A DNA stretch of 32,000 nt, from sequence record CAXNAD020000071.1. One strand, given 5' to 3'. A program made the position numbers and the translations under genes. The notes below the pieces were generated by a model that was not told the DNA's origin, did not search any database, and was given only the letters and a program-made list of their open reading frames with translations. Numbering within the stretch: the stretch's first letter is position 1; every line of letters begins with the position of its first letter. Below, piece after piece: positions 1 to 10,867 of this stretch.

Positions 1-16
1 AGTCCCCTCTTTGGTA

Positions 17-394
17 ATGCCATCTATAAATCAATTATTACGTAAAGCAAGATCTTTAAAAAAAAAAAAAAAAAAAAGTTCCAGTCTTGAAGGTTGTCCT
101 CAAAAACGTGGTATTTGTCTTAAACTTTTTATTAGATCTCCTAAAAAACCTAATTCAGCTAGACGTCGTGTAACACGTCTTAAATTGTCGAACAAATTTA
201 AATTGACAGCATATATCCCGGGTCAAGTAAATAGTTTACAGGAGCATTCGCATGTTCTTGTAAGAGGTGGTAGGGTTCCTGATTTACCTGGTGTTAATTA
301 TCATTTAATTCGTAATAAACTTGATTTAGCTGGTTTAGGTAATCGAAAAAATGCTCGTTCTAAATACGGTACAAAAAAGAGAAAGTTATGGTAA
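17..394 (+). CDS. rps12: ribosomal protein S12
   Basis: The translation carries S12 hallmarks ([39 protein letters not shown]). The first ATG is at 17; the track's TTG at 11 is unlikely. The gene contains an A20 run at 58-77 encoding K6. Confidence 0.95.
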   Translation: MPSINQLLRKARSLKKKKKKSSSLEGCPQKRGICLKLFIRSPKKPNSARRRVTRLKLSNKFKLTAYIPGQVNSLQEHSHVLVRGGRVPDLPGVNYHLIRNKLDLAGLGNRKNARSKYGTKKRKLW

Positions 395-846
395 AATCTG
401 ATATTATATTACAACCCTGTTTAATTAAAATAAGAAATTTACTTATACGGGATGGTAAAAAATCAAAAGCAGATCGTTTATTGGTTTCTACTTTTTCATT
501 TTTAGAAAAATCTTATCCTGGGGAAAGTAGATCTATTTTTTATCGTGCCATTTCAAATGTACAACCAATAGTGGGTGTTCGCCTTAAAGAACGTCGTGGT
601 CGTAAAAAAACTTCAAATAAAGTGTCTTATTTACCATATTCTATTTCTGCAGCAAGAAGCCAAAATATAGGAATACGATCTTTAATTAAAGCTAGTCGTC
701 GTCATTCTTCTAAATTGTATTATATAAATTTAGCTGAGGAATTTATTTTGGCTTCTCAATTTAAAGGTCAAGCTATTAAAATAAAGCTTCATATTCATGA
801 ACTTGCTAAGAAAAATAGTGATTTTTCTCATTTTCGTTGGAATTAA
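388..846 (+). CDS. rps7: ribosomal protein S7
   Basis: The 152-aa ORF lies directly after rps12 in the conserved str-operon order and has an S7-like pattern ([10 protein letters not shown]..., C-terminal HFRW). It overlaps rps12 by 7 nt (ATGGTAA). Confidence 0.88.
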   Translation: MVKSDIILQPCLIKIRNLLIRDGKKSKADRLLVSTFSFLEKSYPGESRSIFYRAISNVQPIVGVRLKERRGRKKTSNKVSYLPYSISAARSQNIGIRSLIKASRRHSSKLYYINLAEEFILASQFKGQAIKIKLHIHELAKKNSDFSHFRWN

Positions 847-848
847 TA

Positions 849-1151
849 ATGTATCCTATTCAATATTGTTCGCTTACTGTATTAATATTTTTGATTGGTG
901 TAAGTGGTGTTGTTTTGAATCGTACCAATCTTTTATCGGTACTAATCTCCTTAGAACTTGCTCTTTTATCCGTAAGTTTAAATTTTATTATTTTTTCCAT
1001 TTATTTAGATGATATTATAGGACAAGTTTTTGCTCTTTTTATTTTATGTATTGCAGCTTGTGAATCTTCAATTGGTTTAGCTATTATTTTAGTTTATTAT
1101 AGAGTTCGTGGTAGTATTAGAATTGATCATGCTTCTTTAATAAAATCATAA
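849..1151 (+). CDS. nad4L: NADH dehydrogenase subunit 4L
   Basis: A hydrophobic protein of about 100 aa with the nad4L pattern (LISLELALLSV...CIAACESSIGLAIIL). The ATG at 849 is preferred over the upstream TTG at 837. Confidence 0.9.
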   Translation: MYPIQYCSLTVLIFLIGVSGVVLNRTNLLSVLISLELALLSVSLNFIIFSIYLDDIIGQVFALFILCIAACESSIGLAIILVYYRVRGSIRIDHASLIKS

Positions 1152-1165
1152 AATTTCTATAGTTA

Positions 1166-1246
1166 GCTTCTATGATGAAATTGGTAGACATGTAAGATTC
1201 AAAATCTTTTGTTAAAAACGTGCTGGTTCAAGTCCGGCTAGGAGTA
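1166..1246 (+). tRNA. trnL(caa): tRNA-Leu, anticodon CAA
   Basis: Hand fold: acceptor gcttcta/taggagt, anticodon loop ttCAAaa, long variable arm, T-arm gctgg-ttcaagt-ccggc. Confidence 0.85.
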
Positions 1247-1250
1247 TAAA

Positions 1251-1634
1251 ATGATTCATGTAGAAAGTTTTGTTAAGGTAGTTGATAATTCTGGGGCTAA
1301 AATGGCCAAATGTATTAAAGTAAAATCTAAATCAGGACACTCCTTTGCTCGTGTCGGTGATATTGTAGTAGTTTCTATTCAGAGTTTACGTCCGTATTAT
1401 GGTAAAGATAAAATTAAAATCAAAAAATCAGATGTTATGTTAGCTGTGGTAGTTCAGACAAAGTTTTCTTTTAATTCTAAACAATATAGATTTTTAGGGT
1501 TTGATTTAAATTCCGTTGTTTTAATTACTCAAAAAAAAAAAGCTATTGGTACAAGAATTTTTTCTGTTTTACCTCGTTCATTACGTGGAATAAAATGGTC
1601 TAAATTGGCTACTATATCCAAAGCATTAATTTAA
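1251..1634 (+). CDS. rpl14: ribosomal protein L14
   Basis: An L14 N-terminal pattern (VVDNSGAK...C I KV) in a 127-aa ORF, immediately followed by rpl5 as in the spc operon. Confidence 0.9.
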   Translation: MIHVESFVKVVDNSGAKMAKCIKVKSKSGHSFARVGDIVVVSIQSLRPYYGKDKIKIKKSDVMLAVVVQTKFSFNSKQYRFLGFDLNSVVLITQKKKAIGTRIFSVLPRSLRGIKWSKLATISKALI

Positions 1635-2188
1635 TGTATATTTTTTCTAATCATTATCATGAGGTTATTCAATCTGATTTTTTATTGGTACAACCTTCAA
1701 TTGGATTATATAGTTTTCCGAATATTAATAAAATAGTAATTAGTTTAGGAAGTGATATACAATCAGAAGATAAAATTTTATCTTCTCTTTGTTTTTTAGA
1801 TCTTTTAGGATGTCAAAAACCTTTTTTAACACGAATTAGAATATCTTCAAAATCTAAATTTTTAAATAAAGGTTCTGTAATTGGAGGTAAATCTACTTTA
1901 AGACGGTCTTCCATATATTCATTTTTGCATAAAATTCTATTTGGATTTTTACCTAAAGTTCGTCAATTTGAAGGATTACCTTTGTTAAAACACCCTAAAA
2001 CTTTTAGTTTTATTGTTCAAGATCTTTTTATTTTTGAAGATTTAAGTTTTTTGTTCTCTTTTTTTGAAGATTTAGGTCCATTGTTTATTGATTTTACTTT
2101 TTATTCAAAAAATATAGAACAAACATTTTTTTTAATTCGAAGTTTCCAATTTTGTATTCGCGAAAGTAACTCAGTTGGTAGAGTGTAA
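1634..2188 (+). CDS. rpl5: ribosomal protein L5
   Basis: A 184-aa ORF in the spc-operon position after rpl14, with an L5-like N-terminus (HY..V...D). The TAATG junction overlaps rpl14 by 1 nt. The stop codon lies 29 nt inside trnG. Confidence 0.78.
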   Translation: MYIFSNHYHEVIQSDFLLVQPSIGLYSFPNINKIVISLGSDIQSEDKILSSLCFLDLLGCQKPFLTRIRISSKSKFLNKGSVIGGKSTLRRSSIYSFLHKILFGFLPKVRQFEGLPLLKHPKTFSFIVQDLFIFEDLSFLFSFFEDLGPLFIDFTFYSKNIEQTFFLIRSFQFCIRESNSVGRV

Positions 2189-2232
2189 GCTTGCCATGCT
2201 TAAAGTCGAGGGTTCAAATCTCTTCTTTCGCT
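2160..2232 (+). tRNA. trnG(gcc): tRNA-Gly, anticodon GCC
   Basis: Acceptor gcgaaag/ctttcgc, anticodon arm taagc-ttGCCat-gctta, T-loop ttcaaat. Confidence 0.9.
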
Positions 2233-2234
2233 AA

Positions 2235-2489
<255 letters not shown>

Positions 2490-2494
2490 GATTA

Positions 2495-2893
2495 TTAAAT
2501 TAATCCATCTTTAATTTTTTTTTTAAGATTACTTTTTAAAATACAAATATGAATAAATTTGTATTGTAAATTTATTATTTTATTTTGTATTTGAATTTTA
2601 TTATAGAATTTTTCATTTATATAACACCCATATATATTATTATTTATTAAATTTATAATATTATTTATATCTTTATATTGTAAAATACCAACATTGTTTC
2701 CTATTATTGTTTTTATATTTATATGTTTCATATTGGAGGTTGAAAGCTTAGTTATTTTTAAATTTTTAAAAGTTTGTTTTAGTTTTATAATTTGATTGTT
2801 TTTTATATTAGCCCAGTTAATAATAATAAAAAATTTTTCTTTACTCAAAAATTTAAGTTTTAGTTTTTTGTAAATATTTCTTAATTTTTTCAT
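2495..2893 (-). CDS. unassigned ORF (132 aa), possibly a very divergent ribosomal protein L10
   Basis: The ORF fills the whole gap between rpl16 and atp9 and starts 3 nt after the rpl16 stop. It is extremely N/K/I-rich. By eye its residue pattern aligns to bacterial L10 (see findings). Confidence 0.55.
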   Translation of the reverse strand: MKKLRNIYKKLKLKFLSKEKFFIIINWANIKNNQIIKLKQTFKNLKITKLSTSNMKHINIKTIIGNNVGILQYKDINNIINLINNNIYGCYINEKFYNKIQIQNKIINLQYKFIHICILKSNLKKKIKDGLI

Positions 2894-2895
2894 TT

Positions 2896-3315
2896 TTAAA
2901 AGCTATTATACACAATTTTAGTTTTAATGGGAAGTTTATTACTTCCATTTTTTAAAGCTTCCTTACCTTCTTTTTTTGGAATTCCTGCTAAAATAAAAAT
3001 AGGTTTCCCAGGATTAACTCGTCCAATCCATAATTCTACTTTACCTTTACCTTTACCTATTCTTGAGGAGGATGCCTTATGACTAATTCCCAAATCAGGT
3101 AATAAACAAATTCTTAGTTGACCTTTACGCTTTAATTTACGCCTAATACTTTGTCTTGCTGCTTCTAATTGTCTTCCTGTTAGATGACCTGATTCTAGAG
3201 CTATTGTTATAATGGTTGATTTTGGTTCTAGATTTTGATTTGTATTTTTTATTTTGTCTGATTTTCGAGGTTTGAAGAATTTTTGAAATTTTATTTTTTT
3301 TGGTTGTAAAAACAT
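2896..3315 (-). CDS. rpl16: ribosomal protein L16
   Basis: L16 pattern (MFLQPKK.KF.K..., LTGRQLEAARQSIRRKLKR.G...I...PD...S.K....R.GKGKG....W). Confidence 0.93.
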   Translation of the reverse strand: MFLQPKKIKFQKFFKPRKSDKIKNTNQNLEPKSTIITIALESGHLTGRQLEAARQSIRRKLKRKGQLRICLLPDLGISHKASSSRIGKGKGKVELWIGRVNPGKPIFILAGIPKKEGKEALKNGSNKLPIKTKIVYNSF

Positions 3316-4165
3316 ATTTAATTTTTTTTCTTTTTTTTTGATTAGGGCATACCCATACTTTAAAACCTACACTACCGTAAGCTGTTTGGGTATCTTTAAA
3401 AATAGCTTGAATAGGTGTTTGGATTTGTTGTAATTGTAAACGTCCTAACTGATATTTCCATTTTATACTTCGTCCTTTAGGTTTATGGGAGTATCTTCCG
3501 TGTATATAAATACGTAGTCCTTCAATTTTATGTTTTGATACAAACGAATTAAAACCTTCTTTTAAAAATTTAAGAAATTCAAAATGTCTTTTTCTTTTTT
3601 GTTTACTTCGAAGTTGTTTTATTAAAAAAAAACTTAAGCTAAGAGCACTAGCTTTACCTTGTGCTACTAAGTTTATTAGTTGAAGTCCTGCACGTGCGTA
3701 AGGGTATTTTGTAATATTAAATCTTTTTATGTAAAAACTTATTTTTTGTCTTACAATTTTAGGTACTTCTCTGGTATATGTTTTAATTCGTTTAATTTTA
3801 AATTTAATTTTTTTGCAACCTGTTAATTTTTGGATTATTGGTTGTACTTTCTTAAATCGGAAAGCTAATTGTGGCCAAGAAGCACTCTTTTTAGTTTTTT
3901 TTTTAGTAGCTCTTTTTCTTTTAAAACGTTTATTTTTAGCTGTAGGATGTAAATGAATTAATTTCAATTCTATAAGAATAAAATCATGAAAACGACTTAA
4001 TTTTAATTCATCAATATAGATTGGGGTATTACGCGCACAAGCTTGTAATAATTTAGTAATCTGTATATTTAAATGGTGAAATTGTGCATGATTCCAATGA
4101 GCGCATCCTTGAGATGCGCCATAATCTGGACGAAGGCTGGATGGATGTGTTTGTTGTGCTATCAT
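3143..4165 (-). CDS. rps3: ribosomal protein S3 (3' end uncertain)
   Basis: S3-like N-terminus (Q.THPSSLR) and C-terminal domain (YGS.GFKVWV). It sits in S10-operon order, rps19-rps3-rpl16. As read, the frame runs 173 nt into rpl16. Confidence 0.82.
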   Translation of the reverse strand: MIAQQTHPSSLRPDYGASQGCAHWNHAQFHHLNIQITKLLQACARNTPIYIDELKLSRFHDFILIELKLIHLHPTAKNKRFKRKRATKKKTKKSASWPQLAFRFKKVQPIIQKLTGCKKIKFKIKRIKTYTREVPKIVRQKISFYIKRFNITKYPYARAGLQLINLVAQGKASALSLSFFLIKQLRSKQKRKRHFEFLKFLKEGFNSFVSKHKIEGLRIYIHGRYSHKPKGRSIKWKYQLGRLQLQQIQTPIQAIFKDTQTAYGSVGFKVWVCPNQKKRKKIKYVFTTKKNKISKILQTSKIRQNKKYKSKSRTKINHYNNSSRIRSSNRKTIRSSKTKY

Positions 4166-4419
4166 GTATTTTTTTTACGTATTTTTTTTTTTTGTGCATT
4201 ATAATTTTTTCTACTTGGAGAAAACTCACCTAGTTTATGCCCTACTATTTCTTGGGTGATTAATTTTGTAGTTACTTTTTGTCCGTTATGGATTTTAATT
4301 TTTGTTCCTACAAGAGGAGGTAAAATAGTTGAACGACGTGACCAGCAAATTTTTTTATTTTTTAAGTATTTAAGTACACTTAATTCGATATAAGGTAATT
4401 TCCATTTAGATCTTGGCAT
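4162..4419 (-). CDS. rps19: ribosomal protein S19
   Basis: S19 pattern (SKWK.PYI..., RRSTILP..VG..I.IHNG......I....VGHKLGEF). ATGA overlap with rps3. Confidence 0.93.
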   Translation of the reverse strand: MPRSKWKLPYIELSVLKYLKNKKICWSRRSTILPPLVGTKIKIHNGQKVTTKLITQEIVGHKLGEFSPSRKNYNAQKKKIRKKNT

Positions 4420-4444
4420 ATAATTATAATTTTAGATGTTTAGT

Positions 4445-5170
4445 TTATTTTCCTTTGGTAGGTTTACCCCATGGTGTTACAGATGGACGTCCTCCTGATG
4501 TTTTTCCTTCCCCCCCCCCATGTGGGTGATCTACCGGATTTATAGCGACTCCTCTTACAATGGGTCGGAATCCGAGCCAACGTGTTTTTCCTGCTTTTCC
4601 AATTTTTATTAAATGGTGGTTTTGATTGGATACAATACCCAAACACGCGATAGTATTTAGGTTAAACCATCTATATTGTCCTGATTTTAGTCGTACTTGC
4701 CCAAAATTATGTGTTTTTTGTAACAATTGACCAAAAGCACCTGGTGCTCTTATTATTTGTCCTTTCCCTCCGGGTTTGTTACATAGATTATGAATTAAAC
4801 TTCCAGTTGTAATATTTTGTAAATATTGACTATATCCATTTTGTCCTTGATCTGATCGTGATCGAATTATATCCCCCTTTTTTATATTAGTTGTTGCTAG
4901 AATATAATTATGTTGTTTATTATCTGGGTCAAAAATACGTCCTAAAAAAGCAGATCGATTTGGATCGTATTCTAATCCTATTACAATACCTTTTGTTGAA
5001 ATACGAGTAAAATCTACATTACGATATAATCTGGAATGCCCTCCTCCTCGGTGCCAAACAGTAATTTTACCTTGATTATTTCGTCCAGTAGATTTTATTT
5101 TTGGTGAAGTTTTTGATTTTAATTTTTTATCTTTAATAAAAATTGTATTTAATTTTGATTTAATTCTCAT
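4445..5170 (-). CDS. rpl2: ribosomal protein L2
   Basis: L2 hallmarks (GRNN.G.IT..HRGGGH, VRGVA.NPVDHPHGGGEG). Confidence 0.97.
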   Translation of the reverse strand: MRIKSKLNTIFIKDKKLKSKTSPKIKSTGRNNQGKITVWHRGGGHSRLYRNVDFTRISTKGIVIGLEYDPNRSAFLGRIFDPDNKQHNYILATTNIKKGDIIRSRSDQGQNGYSQYLQNITTGSLIHNLCNKPGGKGQIIRAPGAFGQLLQKTHNFGQVRLKSGQYRWFNLNTIACLGIVSNQNHHLIKIGKAGKTRWLGFRPIVRGVAINPVDHPHGGGEGKTSGGRPSVTPWGKPTKGK

Positions 5171-5181
5171 ATTTTTATAAT

Positions 5182-5532
5182 ATGTCTTATATTGCTGGTA
5201 AAGCTCTTTCTGAAAATAAAATGTTGGTTAAAGCTTTATCCCATATTTTTGGGATTGGTTTTTATCAATCTAAAATTGTATGTCAAAAAGCAGGTTTAAG
5301 TCCAGATGCCCGTCTTAGGGATTTGAATTTAGATCGTAAAAAAGAATTTATTTCTTTTGTAGAAGGATTACCTCTTGTTTTAGGTAAAGATTTATCTCGA
5401 TTTAATAAAGATCATATTCGTCTTTTAAAACGTATTAATTGTTATCGTGGTATAAGGCATCGTAAAGGTTTACCGGTTCGTGGACAACGTACCCATACTA
5501 ATTCAAAACCTCGCAAAATTCTTAAATTTTAA
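5182..5532 (+). CDS. rps13: ribosomal protein S13
   Basis: S13 pattern (I.G.......V..AL..I.GIG, YRG.RH..GLPVRGQRT.TN). It is divergent from rpl2 with only an 11-nt spacer. Confidence 0.92.
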   Translation: MSYIAGKALSENKMLVKALSHIFGIGFYQSKIVCQKAGLSPDARLRDLNLDRKKEFISFVEGLPLVLGKDLSRFNKDHIRLLKRINCYRGIRHRKGLPVRGQRTHTNSKPRKILKF

Positions 5533-5560
5533 TTGTCTTAGTAATCGCAATATAAGGAAT
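5532..5560 (+). promoter_or_regulatory. conserved intergenic motif, copy 1 (attgtcttAGTAATCgCAATATAAGgaat)
   Basis: It shares the core AGTAATCKCAATATAAG and flanking attg with the spacer upstream of rns (22217-22245). Function unknown. Confidence 0.3.
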
Positions 5561-5589
5561 ATATAAAATTTTTAATATAAATTAATAAA

Positions 5590-5994
5590 ATGTCTTATAA
5601 TAAAAAAGCTTTTCTTTTTATTTATTCTTCAAGGAGAAATCTTTTTTGCAGTTTAATTGATCCAGTTTTTAAAAAAGTAATAATTAGTTGGTCTTTAGGA
5701 AGTTTAGAAAAAGTTAAATGGAAAAAATCAATTTCTCTTGGCAGTTCCCATATAGGAGAATTTTTGTCTGAAAAACTTACCCAATTGGGTTATAATAGTA
5801 TTTTTATTTATTCACGTGGTTTAGGGAAGGGTAATATTTCTTTTATTCGATCTATTACTAAATCAGGCTTACATCTAATATGTTTTATTGAAAATACAGA
5901 ATTATCGCATAATGGTTGTCGTCCTTCTAAATTACGTAGGAAAAAAAACAAGACTCATCGTAATGATAATATGTTAGAAAATAAGAAGAAGTGA
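5590..5994 (+). CDS. rps11: ribosomal protein S11
   Basis: S11 C-terminal pattern (G.GKG......I..SG..L..I.....SHNGCRP.K.RR). The last 10 nt overlap trnY. Confidence 0.9.
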   Translation: MSYNKKAFLFIYSSRRNLFCSLIDPVFKKVIISWSLGSLEKVKWKKSISLGSSHIGEFLSEKLTQLGYNSIFIYSRGLGKGNISFIRSITKSGLHLICFIENTELSHNGCRPSKLRRKKNKTHRNDNMLENKKK

Positions 5995-6066
5995 CTGAGG
6001 GGTTAAAAGTGGCAGATTGTAAATCTGTTGGTTATTCCATCGTAGGTTCAAATCCTACCTTCTTCT
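5985..6066 (+). tRNA. trnY(gua): tRNA-Tyr, anticodon GTA (long variable arm)
   Basis: Acceptor gaagaag/cttcttc, anticodon arm gcaga-ttGTAaa-tctgt, variable arm, T-arm gtagg-ttcaaat-cctac. Confidence 0.88.
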
Positions 6067-6092
6067 TAGGAATTAGGGTGTTTTAAAATATT

Positions 6093-6896
6093 GTGAAATC
6101 TTTATCAACAAGTCAACGCCATCCTTTTCACCTTGTTGATCCGAGTCCTTGGCCTTTAGTGGCTGCTTTAGGTGCTTTAAATCTTACATTTGGTGGAGTG
6201 ATGTATTTACATAATTATAGTGGTGGTGGTAAACTATTGTCTCTTGGTGTGTTGACAATTTTGTTTGTGATGTTTACTTGGTGGAGGGATATTATCCGTG
6301 AAGCTTCTTTTGAGGGTCAGCATACTCTTGCAGTTCAAGATGGTCTTCGTATGGGTATAATTCTTTTTATTATTTCTGAGGTTATATTTTTTTTTGCTTT
6401 TTTTTGGGCTTTTTTTCATTCCTCTTTAGCTCCTACTTTTAATATTGGGGGCGTTTGGCCACCTAAAGGTATTCAAGTTATTAGTCCTTGGGGATTACCT
6501 CTTTTAAATACTTTTCTTTTATTATCTTCTGGTGCTAGTGTTACTTGGGCTCATTATGCTATTGTTGCAGGTAGTCGTGGGCAATCTTTGATTTCTCTAG
6601 TTGTAACTTTATTTTTTGCAATTAGTTTCACTTTATTACAGGTTATAGAATATTTTAATGCTCCTTTTGGTATATCTGATGGTATTTATGGGTCTTGTTT
6701 TTATTTAGCTACAGGTTTTCATGGTTTTCATGTTATTGTTGGTACTATTTTTTTAGCTATTTGTGGTCTAAGGCTTTATTTTCATCATTTTAGTCGTGAA
6801 CACCATTTTGGTTTTGAGGCTGCTGTATGGTATTGGCATTTTGTTGATGTGGTTTGGTTATTTCTTTTTGTAACCATTTATTGGTGGGGATCTTAA
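6093..6896 (+). CDS. cox3: cytochrome c oxidase subunit 3
   Basis: [12 protein letters not shown] near the N-terminus and strong cox3 similarity throughout. The only start-like codon found in frame ahead of the conserved N-terminus is GTG at 6093. Confidence 0.95.
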   Translation: MKSLSTSQRHPFHLVDPSPWPLVAALGALNLTFGGVMYLHNYSGGGKLLSLGVLTILFVMFTWWRDIIREASFEGQHTLAVQDGLRMGIILFIISEVIFFFAFFWAFFHSSLAPTFNIGGVWPPKGIQVISPWGLPLLNTFLLLSSGASVTWAHYAIVAGSRGQSLISLVVTLFFAISFTLLQVIEYFNAPFGISDGIYGSCFYLATGFHGFHVIVGTIFLAICGLRLYFHHFSREHHFGFEAAVWYWHFVDVVWLFLFVTIYWWGS

Positions 6897-6903
6897 TAAC
6901 ATT

Positions 6904-7653
6904 ATGGTACAAAGTCCATTAGAACAGTTTCAAATTTTACCTATTTTTAGTCTTGGCCTTGGTCCAATCGATATTTCGATCACAAATGCCATGTTAACTA
7001 CTATTTTAATACTTGGTTTCAGTTTTCTTCTTCTATATTCTTTGTCTTTTTACAGATTAGGTTTGGTACCTGGTCGTTGGCAATTATTATTTGAATCTTT
7101 ATATACTATAACTACTGGTTTAGTATGGGATAGTATTGGTCAAAGAGGTCAAAAATATTTCCCTTTTATTTTTGTTTTATTTAGTTTTATTTTAATGGCT
7201 AATATCTCAGGTTTAATTCCTTATACTTTTACTATTACGAGTCATTTAATTCAAACTTTAGTATTAGCCATTATGGTTTTTTTAGGAGTTATTATTATTT
7301 GTGCGTCTACTCACGGTTTTCATATGCTTAGCTTATTTTTACCTGGTGGTACTTCTTTAGTATTAGCTTTTTTATTAGTTCCTATTGAATTAGTATCATA
7401 TATTTTTAAACCTTTAAGTTTAGCTGTTCGTCTTTTTGCTAATATAATGGCTGGTCATACCTTGTTGAAGGTTATTGCAGGTTTTGCTTGGGCTATAATA
7501 GGAAGTGGGGGATTTCTTCTAATTGCTCATATTTTACCTTTAGTCGTTTTAATTATTCTATTTGGTTTAGAATTAGCTGTGGCTCTCATTCAGGCTTATG
7601 TTTTTACCATTTTAACGACTATTTATATTAATGATGCTATTGTTCTTCATTAA
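6904..7653 (+). CDS. atp6: ATP synthase F0 subunit a
   Basis: SPLEQF N-terminus and the LSLAVRLFANIMAGH motif. Confidence 0.96.
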   Translation: MVQSPLEQFQILPIFSLGLGPIDISITNAMLTTILILGFSFLLLYSLSFYRLGLVPGRWQLLFESLYTITTGLVWDSIGQRGQKYFPFIFVLFSFILMANISGLIPYTFTITSHLIQTLVLAIMVFLGVIIICASTHGFHMLSLFLPGGTSLVLAFLLVPIELVSYIFKPLSLAVRLFANIMAGHTLLKVIAGFAWAIIGSGGFLLIAHILPLVVLIILFGLELAVALIQAYVFTILTTIYINDAIVLH

Positions 7654-7710
7654 TTATAAAATATTTTGATTCGGTATATTTTATTCTCATTTTATAATCA
7701 TGATATGAGA

Positions 7711-7779
7711 GCATTTTTAGCTCAGTTGGATAGAGCGGCGGTTTTCTAAACCGATGGACGTAGGTTCAAGCCCTATAAG

Positions 7780-7784
<5 letters not shown>
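7711..7784 (+). tRNA. trnR(ucu): tRNA-Arg, anticodon TCT
   Basis: Acceptor gcatttt/aagatgt (with G-U pairs), D-arm gctc/gagc, anticodon loop ttTCTaa, T-arm gtagg-ttcaagc-cctat. Confidence 0.85.
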
Positions 7785-10813
<3,029 letters not shown>

Positions 10814-10867
10814 AATTTTGTTTTTAAAGTATTCCGAAGATAGCTATTTCTCAATAGCTTAGGGGTT

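Noticed and set aside
797-1012. A 71-aa ORF on the + strand overlapping the rps7 end and nad4L.
   Set aside because: It is out of frame with, and almost entirely contained in, two well-supported genes. The sequence is low-complexity and hydrophobic, as expected from an alternative frame of nad4L.
4510-4519. A C10 run, considered as a possible partner or second copy of the G-rich element at 27179.
   Set aside because: It is the coding sequence for the invariant GGG(E)G motif of L2 on the minus strand. It shares no flanking similarity with the intergenic G-tract.
4464-4646. A 60-aa ORF on the minus strand inside rpl2.
   Set aside because: It is an alternative frame of the strongly conserved rpl2 C-terminus, with no independent support.
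6234-6419. A 61-aa ORF antisense to cox3.
   Set aside because: This is a K/N-rich antisense reading of a conserved gene, typical of AT-rich DNA.
7656-7710. AT-only inverted repeats downstream of atp6 (ataaaatat/atattttat, tctcat/atgaga), considered as specific regulatory hairpins.
   Set aside because: These are 6-9-bp all-AT stems, which are expected frequently by chance in DNA of this composition. I noted them but did not consider them strong enough to call.
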